Of a stretch of 13,165 nt of DNA, positions 1 to 6,559 are shown in pieces. A program made the translations under genes and the position numbers. The stretch spans positions 1 to 13,165 of the forward strand of contig CAYXWT010000011.1 in the NCBI GenBank assembly GCA_964468895.1, read 5' to 3'. The notes beneath the pieces are model-generated. The model was not told the DNA's origin and made no database searches. It saw nothing but the letters and a program-made list of their open reading frames with translations. This DNA is from an uncultured archaeon. GTDB lineage: Archaea > Iainarchaeota > Iainarchaeia > Iainarchaeales > CSSED10-239. Position 1 is the first letter of the stretch, and every line of letters begins with the position of its first letter.

Positions 1-23
1 TATATTTTTCTAAAAGCATTCAT
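1..23 (-). CDS. 5' end of an unidentified gene running off the window (MNAFRKI...)
   Basis: ATG at 23..21 is preceded by AGGTG (30..34, minus sense) with a 6-nt spacer. This matches the SD geometry of other operon-internal genes here. Only 7 codons are visible, so no product call. Confidence 0.35.
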
Positions 24-46
24 TAAAAACACCTAAACATTATAAT

Positions 47-2800
47 TTATTTATATCTTAAAAGGGCAGCAACACCACCAAAATTATAAAAAAATTGGTT
101 TCCTTCAGAAGTTTCAGTAGATATTAATTCAACTATACCACCCATTGGTTGAGTTAAATCAACAATATAATCAAAAAAATCTACTTCTTCAATTAATTCC
201 ATAGGCTGCCCACAATTAGGACATGCATGTTCTAAACTTTTTTCCACTTTTTTAATATTATCTTTATCTTTTACAATTTTAGGAATTTCTATATTACAAC
301 TAGAACATTTAAATTTTAAAATATTCCATTCAATTGCTTCAGAAACTAAAACTATACTTGCCTTACCTTGTTTAATTGACTCTATAGTTTCCAGAAAACC
401 ATATGTTGCTAATTGATTTTTTGCAACCTGTTCTAAAAACTTATTAATTAAATTTCTTTCTTTAACAATTCCTACGTCTTTTAATATATCTGTACATTTA
501 TCTAATATTTCTTTAATTCCAGATTCATTAGTGTAACAAGTATCTACAGTTCCTAAAACTTTATTTTTAATTCTATGATCTAAACTACCTTGATCAATAA
601 AAGCTTGTTTAGTAAGACCAGGTCCACCAAAAACCATACCTTTGAATTTAGCTAAACCAACATAAGAAGTATTTATTCTCTCAGCAACTCTTTTATAAAA
701 ATCTTGAGCAGCTTTTTCTCTTAATCTTTCAAAACGAGCAGCTGAATTATGTACCATAATACCATTTGCTAAAAAGTTTTTATTTTTTATAGAAATATCT
801 ATCATTTTTGTTTTACCAGTAGTTATTTTTATATCTTTAATTCTTACAGGTAGTAATGGTATATTATAAATTTTTAATAATTCATAATATAATTCTTTGT
901 TTTTAATATTTTTTAAAATTGAATCTTTAAATATTTCTTTACTCATCTTTCTTTTATTATTAAAAAAAGAACTTACTTTTGGAAATAACTCTAAATTACA
1001 ATTATATTTTTCAATAATTTTTCTTATATATTTACCAGACTTGAAAATTTGTCTACTATAACTTGTCTTAGATTTCATTTTCAAAATATTATCTAACTTA
1101 TTACTTTTCTCTTTAAACGTAAATCCAATTTTTTCTTTAAATAATTCTATAGATTTTCTTTCAGAAATACTAATAGTAAACTTAGGATTATTTGAGTATT
1201 TATTAGCTCTATTATCATATTCAAATAAAGAACTAATTATTGAAAATCTTAATAATAAAAGTTGCATTTCTGTAGCTAACTTTTTATTATTTACAGAAAA
1301 ACCAACACTTTTTCTATTTTTGTTAATATACCCTTCAGCATCATATATTCCTCTTAAAAAACCACCTATAACACTTACATTTGATTTACAAATTTTATTA
1401 GGTACTCTTGAATCCAAAGCTTTTTTAATTTCTGGAAAGTTTTGTTTTATAAATCTAACAAGCGGTCTACTAGTAAATCTTAATTGATGATAATTCTTAG
1501 ATTCTCTAAACCTATAACTACTACAAATATTAAAATAAGTATCATAGGTTTTTTTATAGTGTAAAGCAACTTCTTTGTTTTGTTCAAAAAAAGAAATTCT
1601 ATCTACCTCTAAACAACCATCCCCTATAAGATATCCTATAAACTTTGCAAAAATTGGATCTAAAATTTTAGGCAACTCAATATTTTCTAATTCATTCTTA
1701 CTAGTAAAGTTTTTTAAAAAATTGGTATAATTAACATTTAATTTTCCACAAATATTTTTAATATTTTGGGGTCTTATATTTTGTTTACCTAACTCTATTT
1801 TAGAAATTGTAGTTGGACTTAAATTTAATAATCCAGACAAATCTTTTTGAGTTAATTTTAATTTGAGTCGTTTATTTTTTAGTAAACCTCCTCCTTTTTT
1901 AGAAATACCTAAAGAATTATAATTTTCTTTAATATTTAATAATTGCTTTTTTCCTTTTGTAATTATTATTTCTGGAACTATAAGATAATCTTCTGTTGTT
2001 AAATCTTTTGCTTTTTTTTCAATAATATCATCAAAATTAGTCACAAACAAAACATGATCTTCACTACATTCTATCTCTAACCTTGGACATTTTGTAATTA
2101 TTTTATAAGTTTTATTTTTATTAACATTCCAAACCATATCTATTTTTGAAGATTTAGTAGTATAATTATTATTTTTAAAAATAGAGTTTATAGATTGATT
2201 ATTTTTACAATCTTCAATATCAATTAAAGACCCATTATTTTGTTGAACTAGACAATTTTTTAAACATTGGCCACCAGCACGTGTTTTACCAGGCACACCA
2301 GAAGTTGTATGATTAACAATAGTATAAGATTTACCATTTAAAATAGCAATAGTTGCTTCTCTTTTATCAATAGCAACAATACCATAAACCTCTTCACTTT
2401 GTACCAATTCTTCAAGTGGAGCTATATGAAAAGAAGAATCACACCAATATAATTTAGTTTTAAGAAGTTTAGGAGGTTCAAAAATTAAAAGTATAACATC
2501 TATTTTAGAAGGATTTTCACTTACATTTCCTGAAAATAAAACTAAACCATTTTCAGGTAATTTAAAATCAATTTGTCTTAAATAATTAATAATTCGTTTT
2601 AAAGCAGCTTGAACATTTTTTCTAGTATGTTGACTTTTAATATTAGAAGATTGACTAGATTCATCAGTTAATTGTTTAGTAACCGAACTTCTATCTGCAT
2701 TTGGAGGTAAATATAGACTAATTAATTGTGTACCTTCACCTTTATAGGATTTTATTTCTTTTAATTTTCTTTTTAATAATAATGCTTTATTTCTATTCAT
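47..2800 (-). CDS. prf1: Peptide chain release factor aRF1 precursor, interrupted by an intein
   Basis: N-extein carries NIKS (SSNIKSQ), YxCxxxF (YWCDSSF) and ends PGKTRAGGQ. C-extein starts SAARFERLREKAA and ends FGGVAALLRYK. Exteins are 180+232 aa from the track start, i.e. a 412-aa aRF1-sized product. The track start at 2806 is TTG; the ATG at 2800 (MNRNK...) is preferred. Stop is TAA at 47..49. Confidence 0.95.
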   Translation of the reverse strand: MNRNKALLLKRKLKEIKSYKGEGTQLISLYLPPNADRSSVTKQLTDESSQSSNIKSQHTRKNVQAALKRIINYLRQIDFKLPENGLVLFSGNVSENPSKIDVILLIFEPPKLLKTKLYWCDSSFHIAPLEELVQSEEVYGIVAIDKREATIAILNGKSYTIVNHTTSGVPGKTRAGGQCLKNCLVQQNNGSLIDIEDCKNNQSINSIFKNNNYTTKSSKIDMVWNVNKNKTYKIITKCPRLEIECSEDHVLFVTNFDDIIEKKAKDLTTEDYLIVPEIIITKGKKQLLNIKENYNSLGISKKGGGLLKNKRLKLKLTQKDLSGLLNLSPTTISKIELGKQNIRPQNIKNICGKLNVNYTNFLKNFTSKNELENIELPKILDPIFAKFIGYLIGDGCLEVDRISFFEQNKEVALHYKKTYDTYFNICSSYRFRESKNYHQLRFTSRPLVRFIKQNFPEIKKALDSRVPNKICKSNVSVIGGFLRGIYDAEGYINKNRKSVGFSVNNKKLATEMQLLLLRFSIISSLFEYDNRANKYSNNPKFTISISERKSIELFKEKIGFTFKEKSNKLDNILKMKSKTSYSRQIFKSGKYIRKIIEKYNCNLELFPKVSSFFNNKRKMSKEIFKDSILKNIKNKELYYELLKIYNIPLLPVRIKDIKITTGKTKMIDISIKNKNFLANGIMVHNSAARFERLREKAAQDFYKRVAERINTSYVGLAKFKGMVFGGPGLTKQAFIDQGSLDHRIKNKVLGTVDTCYTNESGIKEILDKCTDILKDVGIVKERNLINKFLEQVAKNQLATYGFLETIESIKQGKASIVLVSEAIEWNILKFKCSSCNIEIPKIVKDKDNIKKVEKSLEHACPNCGQPMELIEEVDFFDYIVDLTQPMGGIVELISTETSEGNQFFYNFGGVAALLRYK
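1106..1654 (-). other. LAGLIDADG homing-endonuclease core of the intein
   Basis: Motif 1 is IFAKFIGYLIGDGCL and motif 2 is VIGGFLRGIYDAEGYI. Both keep the acidic residue before the final Gly. They are about 95 aa apart, as in double-motif enzymes. Confidence 0.85.
1715..1885 (-). other. XRE/Cro-C1-type helix-turn-helix segment embedded in the intein
   Basis: LLKNKRLKLKLTQKDLSGLLNLSPTTISKIELGKQNIRPQNIKNICGKLNVNYTNFL (aa 308-364) follows the HTH_3 pattern. Confidence 0.7.
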
Positions 2801-2945
2801 AAACAATCTTTTTTTTAAAAATCTAAACTAAATATAATATTAGACACACTTATATTTAAATAAAAACAGTTGTGCTATGATAATAATTCAAGTATATCTT
2901 TAAATTTAAACATAAAAATCAATAATTTTATATATCTAATATATA

Positions 2946-3401
2946 TTATAGGTCTGCATGTTTTTTTAAGCATTTGTTTTGATAAGGAAAAGAAACCCAA
3001 AACTCTTCTTTGATGTGATTAATATAAAATTTAGGTTTAAACTCACCTTTAGATCTATAAAATACACATGCCAAAAAGATATTTTTTACCAAATTATATT
3101 TATCTTTTATAACACTAGTAATTTCATAAGCACTTTCTTCAAAAAAATCATCTACTAAAAGTATATTATCTTTAGGAATCTTAAGAGAAGATATTTTTGA
3201 ATCTACTTTATAATCAACACCTATACTTTTTGCAGAAATTACACCTAAAGGTAGATTTAATATTTCTGACAGTATTCTACCTAATAAAAGTCCACCTCTA
3301 CTTACACAAACAATTTGATTAAACTTAATATTTGAAGAAATAATTTGTTTTGCTAAATCTACACTTAATTTTTCAAATTCATTCCAAGATATTTCATACA
3401 T
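2946..3401 (-). CDS. Type I phosphoribosyltransferase, Gpt (xanthine-guanine PRT)-like, with atypical PRPP loop
   Basis: 151 aa. SWNEFEKLSVDLAKQI...IVCVSRGGLLLGRILSEILNLP and ILLVDDFFEES...EEFWVSFPYQ parallel the Gpt architecture (VSRGGL, hydrophobic-DD, W..PW-like C-terminus). ATG at 3401, TAA stop. Confidence 0.7.
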   Translation of the reverse strand: MYEISWNEFEKLSVDLAKQIISSNIKFNQIVCVSRGGLLLGRILSEILNLPLGVISAKSIGVDYKVDSKISSLKIPKDNILLVDDFFEESAYEITSVIKDKYNLVKNIFLACVFYRSKGEFKPKFYINHIKEEFWVSFPYQNKCLKKHADL

Positions 3402-3420
3402 ACTTAATATTTTAATACGA

Positions 3421-3433
3421 TAAAAATATAAAA
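3421..3433 (-). promoter_or_regulatory. TATA-box candidate for the phosphoribosyltransferase gene
   Basis: TTTTATATTTTTA (minus sense) is centred about 26 nt upstream of the ATG at 3401. It is preceded by A-runs on the plus strand (T-runs in minus sense) that could terminate the upstream operon. Confidence 0.3.
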
Positions 3434-3492
3434 TAAAGTTATTTAAAAAATTAAATATGTTTTATAAAAAGTAAACAATAAAAACAAAACTA

Positions 3493-4377
3493 TTACTTAT
3501 CAAACCTTATATTACTAATATAATTTTGTAATAACTTCTTTAATTTATAATTTTTAATATTTTTCAAAGAAATAGATGAATATTCATAAATTAGCTTATT
3601 ATATTCTGATACACTTTTATTATTTTTATTTACATATTTTGCAAAATAACTTATTTTTGAAATTAAAGATTTATATTTATTATAAATAGACTTTAGTTTA
3701 AATTTATTTTTAGAGATTAAATCTAAATCTAAAGGTACATCTGTATTATTATTTAAAAACTCATATACTAAACTATCTGTAGGTTCATAAGAATTTTCTA
3801 TAAGTAAACTTGTAATTTCTAATATCAGATTAATATTTTTAGAAACATTCATACTATCTAAAAAATTAACGGTCTTTTTTTTAGTATCAAAAACAGGACC
3901 TACTAAAACCCATTCTGCAGATAAACACCTTTCAGTCTGTATTTTTATTAAATTAATATTTTGAAATTTATTATTTAAAATATTTCTTTTTTTATCTAAA
4001 GTTCTTTTCAAATTTTTTAATTCTTTAATAATACAATTCAATTTCAAAAATTCACTATCACTTAAAATTTGAGTATACTGCTTAATAGATATTTTTTTCC
4101 TAACCTTATTTTTAAAAACAGCTTTACCTAAATAATAAATACCATTAGAATCTTTTTTTAAAATCTTTTTTTTAGAATCATGTACATCAAAATAAACATG
4201 AGTAATAGAAGATCTAGCACCAATAGCAGGGGCCTTAGATTTAGAAATATGCTTATATCTAACATTATTTTTTTTAGAACTTTGTTTAGATGAACGAACA
4301 TCTTTTTTTGCATTTTTAAAAACTTTATTTTTTATTTTTGCAAAAATACTATTTTCTAAATCTAACAAACAAAACAC
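3493..4377 (-). CDS. Hypothetical protein, Lys/Asn-rich, basic N-terminus, no recognised family
   Basis: Long uninterrupted ORF, co-directional and 29-38 nt downstream of the PAC2 gene. The track start is GTG at 4377. GGTG at 4375..4378 plus a 6-nt spacer points to TTG at 4368 as an alternative start. There is no internal ATG until about aa 175. Confidence 0.55.
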   Translation of the reverse strand: MFCLLDLENSIFAKIKNKVFKNAKKDVRSSKQSSKKNNVRYKHISKSKAPAIGARSSITHVYFDVHDSKKKILKKDSNGIYYLGKAVFKNKVRKKISIKQYTQILSDSEFLKLNCIIKELKNLKRTLDKKRNILNNKFQNINLIKIQTERCLSAEWVLVGPVFDTKKKTVNFLDSMNVSKNINLILEITSLLIENSYEPTDSLVYEFLNNNTDVPLDLDLISKNKFKLKSIYNKYKSLISKISYFAKYVNKNNKSVSEYNKLIYEYSSISLKNIKNYKLKKLLQNYISNIRFDK

Positions 4378-4406
4378 CTTTATTTAACAACATATTTTTA
4401 TTAAAA

Positions 4407-5201
4407 TCATCTGATATAACTTGCTGGATGATCTTTTTTATTTTCTAAATCTTTAAGCTTAGTTGTGATTTTAGAAAATGAATTTTCAATTTTTTTAGCT
4501 TCTTTATTAATTTTATTTAAATCTAATTTAAAAGGAAGCAATTTAGAAATTACAGCTAAAACATTCTTTGCAGAACCTGAATCTCCAAAAACCAATTTTT
4601 GATTAGTTTCACCCATAAAACAACAACCAGAAATGTTAAATTTATATTTTGCAACACCAATTAATAAACCTGCTACACCAGATATTAAAGTATCACTATT
4701 ATCTTTTTCAAAAACTAAATCTTTAATTTTTAGTTTTTGTAAGTCTTTTTTTATTTTAATATCACTAGCAACACAAATTACTTTTGGCTTTTTATTAAGC
4801 CTATCTTGACCTATGTTTAATCCTGCAAAAGTATATATTTTTTTAACACCCATTTTTTTTGCAAATTTAGCAATAGTCTCAGAAAAATCATAGTGTAGAT
4901 ATGAATTACTAGGAGTTACTAAACTTGGTTGAACAGGACCAATTAAAAATAAATAATCTTGATTTTTATATCTATAAGAATAAATTTCATCACATATTAA
5001 TTCTAAAATGCCATTTTTAGAATGAACTGCAGGAGGAAAAGAATCTGAAATTAAAGTGGCAAACAATTTACATTTAGGTTTTAATTCATTAACTACATAG
5101 TCAATTGCAATTTTTCCTACTAAACCAATACCAGGAAGTCCAACCAATAAAATTGGACTTTTAAGTTTTTGTTTTTTATTTATATCTATACTTGTAACCA
5201 T
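4407..5201 (-). CDS. PAC2-family (PbaA/PbaB-like) proteasome assembly chaperone
   Basis: PILLVGLPGIGLVGKIAIDYVV N-terminal signature of the PAC2 family. The track start at 5252 is TTG and overlaps aIF2-alpha. ATG at 5201 is preceded by AAGGTG (5208..5213) with a 6-nt spacer. The C-terminus ...PASYIR is not a canonical HbYX. Confidence 0.8.
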   Translation of the reverse strand: MVTSIDINKKQKLKSPILLVGLPGIGLVGKIAIDYVVNELKPKCKLFATLISDSFPPAVHSKNGILELICDEIYSYRYKNQDYLFLIGPVQPSLVTPSNSYLHYDFSETIAKFAKKMGVKKIYTFAGLNIGQDRLNKKPKVICVASDIKIKKDLQKLKIKDLVFEKDNSDTLISGVAGLLIGVAKYKFNISGCCFMGETNQKLVFGDSGSAKNVLAVISKLLPFKLDLNKINKEAKKIENSFSKITTKLKDLENKKDHPASYIR

Positions 5202-5207
5202 TCCTAA

Positions 5208-5213
5208 CACCTT
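5208..5213 (-). promoter_or_regulatory. Shine-Dalgarno (AAGGTG) for the PAC2 gene
   Basis: AAGGTG lies 6 nt upstream of the ATG at 5201. Confidence 0.5.
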
Positions 5214-5226
5214 ATTAAATACAAAT

Positions 5227-6000
5227 TTATTTTTTCTTATCACTTTTAACAATATTTAAATCGCAACCTTTAAGATTTTTAGTAAGAACGTCACTAATTT
5301 TTTTAAAATCTTTAAGTGCTGTTTTATAATCTATAGCAGAAACTGAAATTTCATATTTTCCAGGACCTGTATATATAATATTCATATTATCATGATCTTT
5401 AATAGATTTTTCTAAACCACTTTTGATTACTTTACTACCATTTTCTTTATCATTAGAAATTTCTAGAATTGCACTAATAACTTTATCTTTAACAGTTATA
5501 TTTTTAGATAAAATTTCTTTTAATTTTGAAGCATATTCTTTTTTAATATTTGGATAAGAATCAAAACCATACTTTAAAATATTTACAAAACCAGTATATA
5601 AACTATTATCAACTAATAAAATTGGATCTGCAATTTCTTCCCAAACAGTATCATCAGTTAAATCTAATTCTTTTGCAACTATTTGAAGAAGACTTTGTGC
5701 TCTTTTAAAAAGTCTATAATCTGAAATTTTTCTTTTTTCATCAGCACCAGAAACTCTGTTAAAAGAAAGATCAATGTGTTTTTTATATATATCTACACTT
5801 AAAACTTTAGCAACTCTTATTTGATTTGGTTTTACATGGTTATGGATATTTTTTATCCATGTTGAAGAAACTTGTGAAATATGAATAAAACCTTCCATAT
5901 TATCGTATTCTAATAATTCTACAAACACACCATAATTAGTAATTTTACTTACTTTACAAACTGCAAATTCATTTACTTTTGGAAATTCAACCATAATCAT
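5227..6000 (-). CDS. eif2a: Translation initiation factor aIF2 alpha subunit
   Basis: S1-fold N-terminus FAVCKVSKITNYGVFVELLEYDNMEGFIHISQVSSTWIKNIHNHVKPNQIRVAKVLSVD...IDLSFNRV is typical of aIF2-alpha, as is the size. Candidate starts are GTG 6003, ATG 6000 and ATG 5994; I chose the first ATG. Confidence 0.92.
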   Translation of the reverse strand: MIMVEFPKVNEFAVCKVSKITNYGVFVELLEYDNMEGFIHISQVSSTWIKNIHNHVKPNQIRVAKVLSVDIYKKHIDLSFNRVSGADEKRKISDYRLFKRAQSLLQIVAKELDLTDDTVWEEIADPILLVDNSLYTGFVNILKYGFDSYPNIKKEYASKLKEILSKNITVKDKVISAILEISNDKENGSKVIKSGLEKSIKDHDNMNIIYTGPGKYEISVSAIDYKTALKDFKKISDVLTKNLKGCDLNIVKSDKKK

Positions 6001-6004
6001 CACT

Positions 6005-6559
6005 TTATACTTTTTTAACTATATTTTTAGACTCTAAAATAGAACAAACATTTTTTGGAAGTTCACAAACTTCTTCTTTGTCAAAAGGCCCATATTCTTT
6101 CATATCAGTACCAATAAAAGCAGGAATACTTTGTAAAACCATAACTTTTATTAAATCAATATTATTTTCAATAATTTTCTTTTTAACACCAAATAACGAG
6201 TTAGTATAATCAACTTGCTTATCCATTAATTTTAAAACACCTTTTACAAAATCAACTTCAAAATCTATTAAATTATCTTCTTTAAAATCATTAGTTCTAC
6301 TATATATTAAACATAGATTCAAACACTTTTTTAATCTAATTTCTCTAATTTTTGTTACCATTTTTTTTAAATTTTCGAACTTTTTTAAATCTACTGGTGA
6401 AAAATCTTCTAAAGCAGAAGTATATTTTTTTTTTTCTTCACTTATAAATTTTTTAAGAGATTTATAAAAAGAAACATCTAGCTTAGATAATTTAGGACAT
6501 TTAATTTCTAATCTATACACCCTTCTTAATTCATCAAAATCTAAATTATAATCAGTCAT
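6005..6559 (-). CDS. GINS subunit, Gins51/Gins15 type
   Basis: C-terminal B-domain-like VMVLQSIPAFIGTDMKEYGPFDKEEVCELPKNVCSILESKNIV. N-terminal LSKLDVSFYKSLKKFI. Conserved archaeal adjacency to priS. ATGA overlap with the priS stop. GGGTG SD at 6567..6571. Confidence 0.7.
   Translation of the reverse strand: MTDYNLDFDELRRVYRLEIKCPKLSKLDVSFYKSLKKFISEEKKKYTSALEDFSPVDLKKFENLKKMVTKIREIRLKKCLNLCLIYSRTNDFKEDNLIDFEVDFVKGVLKLMDKQVDYTNSLFGVKKKIIENNIDLIKVMVLQSIPAFIGTDMKEYGPFDKEEVCELPKNVCSILESKNIVKKV

Larger units (their letters stand above)
746..2266 (-). mobile_element. Class-1 intein with LAGLIDADG homing endonuclease (507 aa), inserted between GGQ and S of aRF1
   Basis: Starts with Cys (tgt at 2266..2264; CLKNCLVQQNNGSLIDIED). 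Block B-like ECSEDHVLFV. Two LAGLIDADG motifs. Ends FLANGIMVHN (aat at 748..746) followed by +1 Ser (tca at 745..743). In frame, 1521 nt. Confidence 0.9.

Noticed and set aside
47-2806. The 919-aa aRF1 ORF as a pseudogene, gene fusion or IS disruption, or as a sign of stop-codon reassignment
   Set aside because: The extra 507 aa are in frame and have complete intein junction residues (Cys1, terminal HN, Ser+1). NIKS, YxCxxxF and GGQ are intact. TAA, TGA and TAG all terminate well-conserved genes in the window at expected lengths, so the standard code fits.
2841-2875. Relatively GC-containing imperfect hairpin (GACACACT ... ACAGTTGTGC) between the PRT gene and aRF1
   Set aside because: It forms only about 6 bp with a bulge and a loop of more than 20 nt, too weak to call. 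It may simply be part of the terminator and promoter spacer.
5202-5252. TTG-initiated N-terminal extension of the PAC2 gene overlapping aIF2-alpha (similarly TTG at 2806 for aRF1 and GTG at 6003 for aIF2-alpha)
   Set aside because: These are maximal-ORF artefacts. An in-frame ATG follows shortly in each case, and for PAC2 it has a well-placed AAGGTG SD.
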